Of a stretch of 34,763 nt of DNA, positions 7,793-17,363 are shown piece by piece. Position 1 is the first letter of the stretch. Each line of letters starts with the position of its first letter. The notes under the pieces were generated by a model. It saw nothing but the letters and a program-made list of their open reading frames with translations. It had not been told where the DNA came from and did not search any database. The translations under genes and the position numbers were made by a program. This DNA comes from Dehalococcoidia bacterium (GTDB lineage Bacteria > Chloroflexota > Dehalococcoidia > UBA2247 > RBG-13-53-26), in NCBI GenBank assembly GCA_041478585.1, contig JBGOWL010000002.1:1-34763 (forward strand). The letters run 5' to 3'.

Positions 7793-9352
7793 CTAAAGAG
7801 GTATGTTACCGTGCTTCTTGGCAGGAAGCGTGTCCACCTTGTTTTTCAGCATATCCAACGCCTTTATCAGTTTTCGGCGCGTTTCCCTTGGGTCTATTAC
7901 GTCATCGATATATCCCCTAGATGCAGCCACGTATGGGTTGGCAAACTTCGATCTATATTCCTCGATAAGCTTGCGGCGTGCTTCCTCAGGGTTTTCTGAT
8001 TTGGCGATCTCGCTTCGAAAGATAATGTTCACCGCTCCATCAGGTCCCATCACCGCAATCTCAGCTGATGGCCAAGCATAGTTGATATCTCCCCGCAAGC
8101 TCTTGCTGCTCATCACCACATAGGCACCACCATAGGCCTTGCGAATAATCACGCTTATCTTCGGGACGGACGCTTCAGCATAGGCATAGAGAAACTTGGC
8201 TCCATGCCGGATAATGCCTCCAAACTCCTGGTCAGTACCTGGCATATACCCAGGAACATCGACAAGGGTAATCAATGGTATGTTGAAGCAATCGCAAAAG
8301 CGAACGAACCTGGCCCCCTTATCTGAAGCATTGATGTCGATTGCCCCAGCCATGTACGAAGGTTGCTGCGCAACAATACCTACAGCTTGTCCGCCAAGTC
8401 TGGCAAATCCAACGATCAGATTGAGAGCAAAATGCTGATGCACCTCCATGAAATCACCATTGTCAACCATCCTAGTGATAATCTCCTTCATGTCATAGAC
8501 CTTGGAGGGGTCCACAGGCATAATAGAGAGTAGTTCCTCATCACTTCTGTCTGGGTCGTCGCCCGTATCTACTCTAGGCGTTTCCTCCATATTGTTCTGA
8601 GGAAGGAAGCTCATCAAGCGGCGCACCATCTGGAGCACCTCCTGCTCGCTATCTGCCACGAAATGGCAATTGCCACTTCTTGTTGCGTGAACCATTGCTC
8701 CACCCAAATCTTCATGGGAGACCTCTTCCCCACATACCGTCTTTATCACATCAGGGCCCGTAATGTACATTTGCCCAATGCCCTCTACCATGAAAATAAG
8801 ATCCGTAATCGCGGGAGAATAGACAGCACCGCCTGCTGTAGGGCCCATAACTATAGAAATCTGGGGAACTACACCCGAATAAAGGGTATTGCGGGTAAAG
8901 ATTTCACCGTAGGCCTTCAGGCTATCCACTCCCTCCTGAATTCGTGCTCCCCCTGAATCAAGCAAACCGATACAAGGGGCCCCGTTCTTCGCTGCCAGAT
9001 CCATCACCTTGCAGATCTTTTCCGAAGCCACCAGTGAAAGTGTGCCGCCGATCACCGTGAAATCCTGGGAGTACACGTAGGCAAGCCTCCCATCAATCTT
9101 GCCATAGCCCGTGACTACAGCGTCTCCCAGATACCTTTGTTCATCCAGCCCGAACTCGGTTGTCCTGTGGGTGACGAAACAGTCAAGCTCTTCGAAACTA
9201 CCCCCATCAAGAAGGAGGTTGATCCTCTCCCGCGCGGTAAGTTTACCCTTGGCATGTTGAGCTTCGATGCGCTTAGCACCCCCACCCTGGCTGGCTTGAT
9301 CCCTGAGCTTGCCAAGGTTCTCTATTCTCTTCTCAAAAGGTTCAATAGCCAT
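7793..9352 (-). CDS. Acyl-CoA carboxylase carboxyltransferase subunit (propionyl-CoA carboxylase beta / methylmalonyl-CoA carboxyltransferase 12S type)
   Basis: 519 aa. It shows the full two-domain carboxyltransferase pattern (GKLTARERI..LLD.GSF.E, DFTV.GG(S/T)L, GGARIQEG, VITRKAYGGAYVVM-like). Confidence 0.9.
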   Translation of the reverse strand: MAIEPFEKRIENLGKLRDQASQGGGAKRIEAQHAKGKLTARERINLLLDGGSFEELDCFVTHRTTEFGLDEQRYLGDAVVTGYGKIDGRLAYVYSQDFTVIGGTLSLVASEKICKVMDLAAKNGAPCIGLLDSGGARIQEGVDSLKAYGEIFTRNTLYSGVVPQISIVMGPTAGGAVYSPAITDLIFMVEGIGQMYITGPDVIKTVCGEEVSHEDLGGAMVHATRSGNCHFVADSEQEVLQMVRRLMSFLPQNNMEETPRVDTGDDPDRSDEELLSIMPVDPSKVYDMKEIITRMVDNGDFMEVHQHFALNLIVGFARLGGQAVGIVAQQPSYMAGAIDINASDKGARFVRFCDCFNIPLITLVDVPGYMPGTDQEFGGIIRHGAKFLYAYAEASVPKISVIIRKAYGGAYVVMSSKSLRGDINYAWPSAEIAVMGPDGAVNIIFRSEIAKSENPEEARRKLIEEYRSKFANPYVAASRGYIDDVIDPRETRRKLIKALDMLKNKVDTLPAKKHGNIPL

Positions 9353-9403
9353 TACTGATCAGAAACCCCCTTCCTCCAGAATCAGATTCTCAGAAGCTCA
9401 TCT

Positions 9404-12049
9404 CTACGACAGTTGAGCCAATCTTTCCTTTGTCTTCTCGAGCCTACCCTCGATATCGAGGAGTTTAGCCCGCTCCTTTTCTATCACCGAAGATGGTGCT
9501 TTGCTGAGGAAAGACTCTCCACTCAGTCTATTCTTGAGACCAGCTATTCTGACCTCCAAACCTTCTTTCTCTCTTTCCAGGCGCTGCTTTTCAGCATCAA
9601 CATCAGCCATCATCGGCAGGATAATCTCAACGTCCCTCAACACCAGCACCATAGCTCCCTGACGATTTTCGTCCATTCTGCAATGCTCCAAAATAGCAAG
9701 AGGCTGTACCCGAGCCAGTGTCTCAATCGCCCAACGGTGAGTCTCAATAGCTGATCTGTTCTTGGCATAGATTTCAGCTTCAACCCATCGAGCAGATTCC
9801 ACCTTGGATTGTGCCCGGGCATTGCGGATGCTGCGGATAATCTCAATGACCGACCCCATCTCTTCCTCTGCCTGATCATCAATACATCCTCTCGTAGTAG
9901 GATAGGGAGCAATCATGATGGAATCAGGTCTTGCTTCATCCGGTGGAAGATGCAAAACCAGCGTTTGCCATATCTCCTCGGTGACAAAGGGCATGAAAGG
10001 ATGAGCCAGTCTCAAAGAGGTCTCCAGAGTCTGAACCAGGACAGGCACTGGTGATAGTGCATTCTCTTCACGAAGACGAATCTTTGCCAGCTCGATATAC
10101 CAGTCGCAGAACTCCCCCCAGAGGAAATCGTGGACTTGTGTTTCAGCCTCACCAAACTGGAAATCCCCCAATAGCTGATTCGCTTTGGCTATCAGTCGGT
10201 CCAGGCGACTCAATATCCATCGGTCTTCCACCGGCAGCCCAGGCTGTAACCCCATATCAACCGAGCCTGACGGCAAGCTCCTTGTTACAAATCGGGCGGC
10301 GTTCCAGAGTTTGTTCGCGAAGTTGCGTGCTGACTCCAGCTTCTGGCTGCTTACCTGGACATCATTTCCAGGTGCGGTACCAGTGGTGATAGCAAAGCGC
10401 AAGGCATCAGCACCATAATCATCAATTGCCGCCAGGGGGTTTATGACATTCCCTTTGATCTTGCTCATCTTCTCCCCTTTCTCGTCTCTTACCAGGCCAT
10501 GAAGGTAGACCCAGCGAAAGGGGATGTTGTCCGTATTTTCGATACCCATCATAATCATCCTGGCTACCCAGAAGAAAAGGATGTCGTAGCCCGTCTCCAT
10601 AACCGTGGTGGGATAGAAATAATGGAGATCTTCGGTATCATCTGGCCAGCCCAAGGTGGAGTGCGGCCAGAGAGCAGAGCTGAACCAGGTATCAAGAACG
10701 TCCGATTCTTGATATACGTTTGATGAGCCACAATGAGTGCACTTCTCGGGTGGATCAACAGCAGCCATGGGCTGACCACAGTTCTCACAGTACCATACAG
10801 GGATCCTATGCCCCCACCATAGCTGGCGGCTAATGCACCAATCGCGGATATTCTCCATCCAGTGAAGGTATACCTTAGTGAACTGCTCCGGAACAATGGT
10901 TATCCGTCCTTCTTTTACCGCCTTGATCGCTGGTTCGGCTAAGGGCTGAGCTCGGACGAACCACTGCCGGCTGGCCCAAGGCTCAACAATGGTGTCACAC
11001 CGAGCGCAGTGCCCTACCGATTGAAGATGTGGTTTAGTCTTCGACAGCAGTCCTTCTCTTTCCAGTTGAACAAGGAGAGCTTGGCGACAATCAGAGCGAT
11101 CAAATCCTTCATAGGGACCTGCCTCCTTGTTCAAGGTACCATCGGCATTCAATATGTTTACCGAAGGAAGGTCATGCCGCTGGGCCATTTCAAAGTCCAC
11201 AGGATCGTGAGAAGGGGTAACCTTGAGCGCCCCGGTGCCAAAGGTGGTATCCACTGCTTCATCAGCAATAACTGGTATATCGCGGGATATGACTGGAATG
11301 GCCACCCTCTTGCCAATCAGGCTGTTGAAGCGTTCATCATGGGGATTGACAGCTACAGCAGTGTCACCGAACATAGTCTCGGGACGGGTTGTCGCCACTG
11401 TGACGTGGTCCAGTTCGCCCACCACGGGATAATCAATATAATAGAGGTGCCCTTCTACTTCTCTATGTTCTGTCTCAAGGTCGGAGAGCGCAGTCTGGCA
11501 GCGAGGGCACCAGTTGATAATTCGTTCACCTTGATAGATGAGCCCTTTATGATAAAGGCGAACAAAGGTAGTAGTCACTGCTCGGCTGGGCCCCTCATCC
11601 AGGGTAAACCTCTCCCTGGTCCAATCGCAAGACGCTCCCAACTTCTTGTGCTGCCCCATAACAGTCTCTCGACATTTGTTCGCCCACTGCCACGCCCTTT
11701 CCACAAATTTCTCTCTTCCCAGATCATGCCTATTCAACCCTTCTGCAGCTAGCTGGCGCTCGACTACCACCTGGGTCGCAATGCCAGCATGGTCAACACC
11801 GGGGAGCCACAGGGTAACCTCCCCCTTCATGCGATGCCAGCGTGCCATAATATCCTCCAGGGTAGCTGTCAAGGCATGTCCCAGGTGCAATTCACCGGTG
11901 ACGTTGGGAGGAGGCATGATGATAGTGAAAGGTTTCCTGCTGCGGTCAATCTTCGGGGTGAAATAGCCTTTCTTCAACCAGAATTCGTAGATTCTGTCCT
12001 CAACGTGTCTGGGCTCGTAAGTTTTAGGCAGGTCTTTCTGTTGTTGCAT
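9404..12049 (-). CDS. valS: Valine--tRNA ligase
   Basis: 881 aa with PPPNVTGELHLGHA (HIGH), KMSKIKGN (KMSKS), a CP1 editing domain and a C-terminal coiled coil. Confidence 0.96.
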   Translation of the reverse strand: MQQQKDLPKTYEPRHVEDRIYEFWLKKGYFTPKIDRSRKPFTIIMPPPNVTGELHLGHALTATLEDIMARWHRMKGEVTLWLPGVDHAGIATQVVVERQLAAEGLNRHDLGREKFVERAWQWANKCRETVMGQHKKLGASCDWTRERFTLDEGPSRAVTTTFVRLYHKGLIYQGERIINWCPRCQTALSDLETEHREVEGHLYYIDYPVVGELDHVTVATTRPETMFGDTAVAVNPHDERFNSLIGKRVAIPVISRDIPVIADEAVDTTFGTGALKVTPSHDPVDFEMAQRHDLPSVNILNADGTLNKEAGPYEGFDRSDCRQALLVQLEREGLLSKTKPHLQSVGHCARCDTIVEPWASRQWFVRAQPLAEPAIKAVKEGRITIVPEQFTKVYLHWMENIRDWCISRQLWWGHRIPVWYCENCGQPMAAVDPPEKCTHCGSSNVYQESDVLDTWFSSALWPHSTLGWPDDTEDLHYFYPTTVMETGYDILFFWVARMIMMGIENTDNIPFRWVYLHGLVRDEKGEKMSKIKGNVINPLAAIDDYGADALRFAITTGTAPGNDVQVSSQKLESARNFANKLWNAARFVTRSLPSGSVDMGLQPGLPVEDRWILSRLDRLIAKANQLLGDFQFGEAETQVHDFLWGEFCDWYIELAKIRLREENALSPVPVLVQTLETSLRLAHPFMPFVTEEIWQTLVLHLPPDEARPDSIMIAPYPTTRGCIDDQAEEEMGSVIEIIRSIRNARAQSKVESARWVEAEIYAKNRSAIETHRWAIETLARVQPLAILEHCRMDENRQGAMVLVLRDVEIILPMMADVDAEKQRLEREKEGLEVRIAGLKNRLSGESFLSKAPSSVIEKERAKLLDIEGRLEKTKERLAQLS

Positions 12050-12074
12050 AGATTATGTTTAGCCTGATTCTAGG

Positions 12075-13301
12075 CTACTGCCGATGTGTCCTTCCTCCTG
12101 AAGCACCTGTGGCTGGAGACAGCAGAGCGGATACTTTGTCCAGAATCTTGTGAGCCACCTCTGATTTCGGCAGCAGTGGCAAATCCTCCACCTTGCCCTT
12201 TGAGTCAACCAGGATCACCTTATTGGTATCGACTCCAAAGCCGCTACCAGCTTCAGCAATGTTGTTGGCCACGATAAGGTGGAGCCCCTTATTCTTCAGC
12301 TTAACAGTGGCGTTTTCCACCACGTTCTCGCTTTCAGCAGCGAACCCCACCTTGATGAGATTTCCTCTTACTTCACTGATGATATCTGGGTTTCTGATCA
12401 ACTCCAACTGCATGAGGGGGAATTCCTCCTTTTTCAGCTTGCTCTTAGCGGCGGTTGCCGGACGATAGTCAGCCACGGCAGCAGCCATAATCAGAGCATC
12501 AGCTTCAGGAACAGTTCTCAGGACTGCTTCCCTCATCTGGAGGGCCGTTTGAACCTCGAGCATCTCCACATCAGCAGGAGGAGGAAGTGTCGTGGGTGCA
12601 GTAATCAAGGTTACCTTAGCCCCCCGTTCTCGGGCAGCTTCAGCCAAAGCGTAGCCCATCTTGCCCGAACTTCTATTGCAGATAAGGCGAACCGGATCAA
12701 TGGGCTCTTGAGTACCGCCTGCAGTGACAATGACATGCTTCCCTATCAGATCGCTCTTCCTATCAAGGATTTGGCGAATGGCTGTCAGAATATCTTCCAC
12801 ATCGGCCAGACGCCCCTTGCCCACCTCTCCACAAGCCAAAGCACCATAGCTTGGTTCAACTATCTTGAATCCTCTGGCCCGAAGCTTTGCCAAGTTCTCC
12901 TGGGTAATCGCCTTTTCCCACATATGTACGTTCATCGCCGGTGCCAGGATGATAGGAGCTTTGGTGGCCAGTGTTGCGCAGCAGAGCATATCGTCGGCAA
13001 TGCCTACGGCCAGCTTAGCCATAATATTGGCCGTAGCCGGAGCAATGACCACCACGTCAGCCCGCTCCGCCAAGGCAATGTGCTCGATGTCGTGCTCCTC
13101 AGAAGCGGCAAACATATCGGTGACCACCTGGCGGTGAGTGATACTGCGAAAAGTCAATGGGGTGACAAACTCAGTAGCACAGTTGGTCATGACCACGTCT
13201 ACTTTGGCCCCGCCCTGTGCAAGCCTACTAGCCAAGTCTACCGCCTTGTAAGCCGCAATACTGCCAGTGACCCCCAGGAGCACTGTTCTATCTCGCATCA
13301 T
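12075..13301 (-). CDS. coaBC: Bifunctional phosphopantothenoylcysteine decarboxylase / phosphopantothenate--cysteine ligase
   Basis: 408 aa. It has an N-terminal flavoprotein domain (LGVTGSIAAYK, PAMN..M) and a C-terminal CoaB domain (VTAGGT.EPIDPVR.I.N.SSGKMG). Confidence 0.92.
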   Translation of the reverse strand: MMRDRTVLLGVTGSIAAYKAVDLASRLAQGGAKVDVVMTNCATEFVTPLTFRSITHRQVVTDMFAASEEHDIEHIALAERADVVVIAPATANIMAKLAVGIADDMLCCATLATKAPIILAPAMNVHMWEKAITQENLAKLRARGFKIVEPSYGALACGEVGKGRLADVEDILTAIRQILDRKSDLIGKHVIVTAGGTQEPIDPVRLICNRSSGKMGYALAEAARERGAKVTLITAPTTLPPPADVEMLEVQTALQMREAVLRTVPEADALIMAAAVADYRPATAAKSKLKKEEFPLMQLELIRNPDIISEVRGNLIKVGFAAESENVVENATVKLKNKGLHLIVANNIAEAGSGFGVDTNKVILVDSKGKVEDLPLLPKSEVAHKILDKVSALLSPATGASGGRTHRQ

Positions 13302-13372
13302 TCCAGTTCCATATTAACCGAATCACATCCAAAACTCCACATCTCTGGCGTTGGAGACTCGGGAGTATAGGG

Positions 13373-14140
13373 CTAGATCCTATTCAACTCATGGATCAAC
13401 TGTAGTCCCTGCAGGGTGAGGTGACGATTTACCTCCTCTATCACCTGCGTCTCTCTGGCAATGACATCTGCGTAGCCTCCTGTGGCAATGACTTTTGCCT
13501 TTCCCTCTAATTCCCGGGCAATACGAGCTACCAGGCCTTCAACCAATCCAACGTAACCGAAAATGACCCCCGATTGCATGGCGTTGACTGTGTTCTTACC
13601 AATGGCATTGTGGGGGCGGATCAACTCGATACGAGGAAGTCTGGCTGTACGGGTATAGAGTGCTTCGGTTGCCATTTCCATACCAGGAGCTATGGCCCCC
13701 CCCAGGTAATCGCCCTCCTTGGAGATAACATCAAATGTGGTAGCGGTACCCATGTCAATGACAATAGCCGGGCCACCATATAACCGATAGGCGGCTGCAG
13801 CATTTACTATCCGATCACCACCAACCTCTCGGGGATTGTCGAGGGCAATTCGTACACCCGTCCTAACGCCCGGCCCAACCGTCAGCAAAGGAATGCCCAG
13901 ATAGCGCTGACACACCTCCTGGAATACTGGTACCAGAGGGGGGACAACGCTACACATGATGGCTTCCTTTATGTCACTCTTCGTCACTTGGTGATAGGGC
14001 AACAGATTGAACAGTAAGGAAGCGTACTCATCTGCCAAACGATGAACACCGGTGGCCACGGACAGGGAGGTTTTCAGCTTACTGTCCTCAAAGATGCCAA
14101 AGGCAACCTTGGAGTTCCCAACGTCTATAGCTAATAACAT
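13373..14140 (-). CDS. coaX: Type III pantothenate kinase
   Basis: 255 aa with MLLAIDVGNS, GGDRIVNA and IDMGTATTFD motifs of CoaX. Confidence 0.9.
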   Translation of the reverse strand: MLLAIDVGNSKVAFGIFEDSKLKTSLSVATGVHRLADEYASLLFNLLPYHQVTKSDIKEAIMCSVVPPLVPVFQEVCQRYLGIPLLTVGPGVRTGVRIALDNPREVGGDRIVNAAAAYRLYGGPAIVIDMGTATTFDVISKEGDYLGGAIAPGMEMATEALYTRTARLPRIELIRPHNAIGKNTVNAMQSGVIFGYVGLVEGLVARIARELEGKAKVIATGGYADVIARETQVIEEVNRHLTLQGLQLIHELNRI

Positions 14141-14143
14141 TTG

Positions 14144-15727
14144 TTACCCTCCAATTAGCCTTTCTCGCTGCACAGTCTTTCCCTTGATTTCGCTAATGAC
14201 CAGCGGCAACATGGGCAAGAGGTCGCTCGCCAGCATTCCAGCATCACCCATCTCTTTTTTCACGAGTTCGCCGGCCTGGCTATGAAGGAATACCCCTGAA
14301 ACAGCAGCATTGAACAGACTGCTCCCCTGGGCTACTAGCCCCGCTATAGCTCCTGCAAGTACATCTCCGTTGCCTGCAGAAGCCAACCCAGGGTTGGCCA
14401 TAGGGTTGATGCTAGCCTTACCATCCGGGGCAGCTACTACGGTATAGGCTCCCTTAAGCACAACGGTTTTCTGCCACGAGTGAGCCACTTCTCTAGCTAT
14501 GCTCATCCGCTTGGATTGGATTTCAGCCACCGAGAGGCCGGTGAGCCTTGCCATCTCCCCAGGATGTGGGGTGAGCACCGCATCACTTGGCAATTCTTGC
14601 CACCACCGAGGAATCTTCGCCAGAATATTGAGGGCGTCAGCATCGAGAACCAGGGCCGGTAGATCTGCCGATGAGAAAATCACTGATCTGACGAAATCCG
14701 CAACGGAAGGGCTTTGCCCCAAACCACACCCCAGAAGCAAGACATCATAGTCGACCAGTGACGACCGAATGGCTTCAATTCCATCAGCCGTCACGATACC
14801 CGGCTCTGATTCAGGCAGTGGGACATACGTCACCTCTGTCAATTTAGAGGCCAGGATGGGCTGTAGGCTACGAGCAGTGGCCAAAGTCACCAACCCTGCT
14901 CCTACTCGTGCAGCGGCAGCACAAGCGAGATAGACCGCACCAACGTAGTTGATTGAACCACCAACGACGAGAACCTTGCCAAAGGTCCCCTTATTCGCGT
15001 CCAACGGGCGCTCTGGAAGGCACAATCTCACCTTCTCAGCAGTAACGATCTCTGTGGAAATGCTCTCGGCCAATTCCGGTGGTATTCCAATATCAGCCAC
15101 CTTAATCCTGCCAACTTTGGCAGCGCCAGGAAAGGAAAACAGCCCGAGCTTGGGATAAGCAAGGGTGATAGTAACATCAGCAGGAAGAGAAGCCACATCA
15201 ATTGCACCCGTATCAGCATCGAGCCCTGAGGGAAGGTCCACAGCAACAACACAGAGGGTTCTATTGCTCTCCTTCACCCGCCTTACTCTCAATAACACCT
15301 CCTCGAGAGCACCCTTCAGTGGCCTAGTCTTGCCAGTCCCAAATACGGCATCAAGAACCACCTCTGTTGACGGTAGCAGGCTCTCCAGAACAGTCAGACT
15401 ATCGCTCTGGAGAGCCTGGATGGTGTGAATACCCCTCTCTTGTACGAGTCGATAGTTGATATCTGAATCCTCGCGCGACCTGACAAGGTAAAGGTATACA
15501 TCGGCTCCCCAATCATGCAGATGTCTAGCACCAACCAAACCATCTCCGCCATTGTTTCCTGGGCCTGCCAAGATCAGTATTCGACGTCCGGCAACTCCGC
15601 CCAGCAATCTCTTCACCTCTCTGGCCACAGCCAATCCTGCGTTCTCCATCAACACATTGGAGGTCAAACCTAGGGCAGCAGCCTGCTGCTCAAGTTCACG
15701 CATTTGGCTGCTGGTAACAACTTTCAA
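14144..15727 (-). CDS. nnr: Bifunctional NAD(P)H-hydrate repair enzyme (epimerase + ADP-dependent dehydratase)
   Basis: 527 aa. It has an N-terminal YjeF_N domain (AGPGNNGGDG) and a C-terminal carbohydrate-kinase-like domain (KG..TVV..PDG, GNGDVLAG). Confidence 0.9.
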   Translation of the reverse strand: MKVVTSSQMRELEQQAAALGLTSNVLMENAGLAVAREVKRLLGGVAGRRILILAGPGNNGGDGLVGARHLHDWGADVYLYLVRSREDSDINYRLVQERGIHTIQALQSDSLTVLESLLPSTEVVLDAVFGTGKTRPLKGALEEVLLRVRRVKESNRTLCVVAVDLPSGLDADTGAIDVASLPADVTITLAYPKLGLFSFPGAAKVGRIKVADIGIPPELAESISTEIVTAEKVRLCLPERPLDANKGTFGKVLVVGGSINYVGAVYLACAAAARVGAGLVTLATARSLQPILASKLTEVTYVPLPESEPGIVTADGIEAIRSSLVDYDVLLLGCGLGQSPSVADFVRSVIFSSADLPALVLDADALNILAKIPRWWQELPSDAVLTPHPGEMARLTGLSVAEIQSKRMSIAREVAHSWQKTVVLKGAYTVVAAPDGKASINPMANPGLASAGNGDVLAGAIAGLVAQGSSLFNAAVSGVFLHSQAGELVKKEMGDAGMLASDLLPMLPLVISEIKGKTVQRERLIGG

Positions 15728-15859
15728 TATGCTTCTCCTCGTCTGCAGCTTTCAAAGCAAGGTGATATATCCCAATGACAGGATCGCCGATATGAAAGTG
15801 AGCATCATCATTATATCAAATGGCGCCTTCTAGAGACAACGCGCACAGTGCAGGGAAAC

Positions 15860-15868
15860 TGATATAAT
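15860..15868 (+). promoter_or_regulatory. Extended -10 promoter candidate (TGaTATAAT) for the 194-aa orphan gene
   Basis: TGATATAAT lies about 36 nt upstream of ATG 15904. There is no good -35. The element sits inside the 13-nt palindrome TGATATaATATCA (15860-15872). Confidence 0.35.
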
Positions 15869-15903
15869 ATCAAACATGACATATAGGAGGCCAGAGGAAA
15901 GAC

Positions 15904-16488
15904 ATGGGTGAGATGAAGAGTGCCTTTGAGAAAGCCATGGAGAGAGTAGGCGGCATTGGAGAGCCGTCCAAAGAGGAGATGTTGCAGTGGAAGTACGTCC
16001 CTGAAGGGCAGAGATTAGCAGCAGAGTATTTCAAGGACGACATTAACCTGGTGGCTGAACTGAGCAAGTTCAAAGAAGAACAGAAACACTTCGTTGCTAA
16101 GGGCATGGAAGAGGTTCTCCTGCGAAACATAACCCTGCCACTGAATGAAACTGCCAAGAAGAACAATAGGAAGGCAATGGAGGCTATCAAGGCTGTCAAG
16201 AGAGACAAAGCTAGCCTAGAGAATATTTACACTAAGATCAGACGCATTTTCGACCACCATGCGCAGCAGGGTGAGCAACAGAGAAAACAGGCCTACGAGA
16301 TGCTGAAACAAGACTTCCAGTTAAGGATACAGCAAGCCATGCAGCAGGGGTTGGCTCCAGGAGCCAAGATCAATATAGAGAGCCAGCCACAATTCCAGGA
16401 GGAATGGCGAAGAACCGTGGCTCACCTGGACTCTCAATACAATACGCTACTAGATGAGTATAAGCGGGAGATTCAAGCTGTCCGCTAG
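15904..16488 (+). CDS. Hypothetical protein, predicted all-helical, K/E/Q-rich (194 aa)
   Basis: There is a good GGAGG SD before the ATG and coding-like composition. It is the only plus-strand gene in a long minus-strand run. I recognise no family. Confidence 0.6.
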   Translation: MGEMKSAFEKAMERVGGIGEPSKEEMLQWKYVPEGQRLAAEYFKDDINLVAELSKFKEEQKHFVAKGMEEVLLRNITLPLNETAKKNNRKAMEAIKAVKRDKASLENIYTKIRRIFDHHAQQGEQQRKQAYEMLKQDFQLRIQQAMQQGLAPGAKINIESQPQFQEEWRRTVAHLDSQYNTLLDEYKREIQAVR

Positions 16489-16507
16489 GACATGAATCTC
16501 CACCGAT

Positions 16508-17071
16508 TTACCCCCCTACAAGAGAGAAAAACTCCGCCCTAGTCGCAGCACTGCGGCGGAATAGACCCCTATTGGCTGACGTGACAATGTTGCTTCCGGG
16601 TTTCTTTATGCCCCTCATAGTCATGCACAGGTGTTCCGCCCGAACAATCACCGCAACACCATCAGGCTGCAGAGCTTCGACAATAGCTTCGGCGATCTGC
16701 GTGGTCATCCGCTCCTGCAGTTGGGGACGATGCGTCACAATTTCTACAACACGGGCTAGCTTGCTAGCACCTACAACTCGGCCATCGGCATTTGGGATGT
16801 AGCCCACGTGGGCCACTCCGTAGAAGGGAAGCAAGTGATGTTCGCACATAGAATAGAAGGGGATATCCTTTACTACCACCATCTCCCTGTGCCCCTCTTC
16901 AAAGCCAACAAATAGCTCCTGTTTGGGGTCTTTGTCCATACCATTGAAGATCTCAGCGTACATCTCCGCAATGCGCCGTGGTGTGCCTGTCAAACCCTCA
17001 CGATTTGGGTCATCTCCAATGGCTTCAATGAGAGCCACTATTGCTTGCTCAATTCTAGCCAGATCAACCAT
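16508..17071 (-). CDS. folE: GTP cyclohydrolase I
   Basis: FolE blocks are present ([36 protein letters not shown]). I moved the start to ATG 17071, which has a GGGAGGA SD 5 nt upstream. The 43 extra ORF-track residues have no FolE counterpart. Confidence 0.9.
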   Translation of the reverse strand: MVDLARIEQAIVALIEAIGDDPNREGLTGTPRRIAEMYAEIFNGMDKDPKQELFVGFEEGHREMVVVKDIPFYSMCEHHLLPFYGVAHVGYIPNADGRVVGASKLARVVEIVTHRPQLQERMTTQIAEAIVEALQPDGVAVIVRAEHLCMTMRGIKKPGSNIVTSANRGLFRRSAATRAEFFSLVGG

Positions 17072-17363
17072 GGTATCCTCCCTGGTGATGTCTCTGGGCC
17101 TGTGGGCTATCCCACTCCTGCTTGTGAGAGATCTATCAGCCACTGCATAACGTAATGTCAACAGCAACTCCCAAGATGGTGAGTATCCTGTGGGTGCCAT
17201 GCCTAGTTAGACTCCCCAACGTCCACTCAATCATATCAGTGGCTCACACAGACCGGACGACGTCGATGATTGGGAATACATCGTATCGGCGTATAATGAA
17301 TGATGAATTGGAGGTTGTTGCAGAGACAATAGCAGCTTTCGATGTTTCTCCATTGTCAGTCCT

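Noticed and set aside
11009-11752. 247-aa plus-strand ORF inside valS
   Set aside because: It is antisense to an unambiguous valS, with no motifs and no ribosome-binding site. It is a shadow ORF. The same reasoning applies to 18644..19333 (opposite hom), 22763..23299 (opposite glyA), 29120..29707 (opposite ispD) and 2930..3343 (opposite the ACAD).
13310-13350. Possible terminator or attenuator hairpin between coaX and coaBC (CTCCA...TGGAG followed by TTTT on the minus strand)
   Set aside because: It has only a 5-bp stem with a 12-nt loop, which is too weak to call. The genes are most likely co-transcribed.
12279-13370. Very long (363 aa) plus-strand ORF antisense to coaBC
   Set aside because: It lies entirely opposite a well-supported coaBC gene. 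The translation is Ser/His/Leu-rich with no recognisable motifs or SD. It is a typical shadow ORF of a gene with biased codon usage.
15870-16208. 112-aa minus-strand hydrophobic ORF opposite the 194-aa orphan gene
   Set aside because: It has no SD and overlaps a longer ORF that has a good SD and a coherent helical sequence. I chose the plus-strand gene, although neither has homology support that I can verify.
17072-17200. N-terminal extensions proposed by the ORF track for folE (43 aa), glyA (23438..23530, 31 aa) and the DUF62 protein (34236..34400, 55 aa)
   Set aside because: The extensions have no counterpart in the respective families and lack an SD. For glyA and DUF62 they overlap the upstream genes. 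For folE and glyA, internal starts with an SD or ATGA coupling give canonical N-termini. The DUF62 GTG start has no clear SD, but it gives the family N-terminus.
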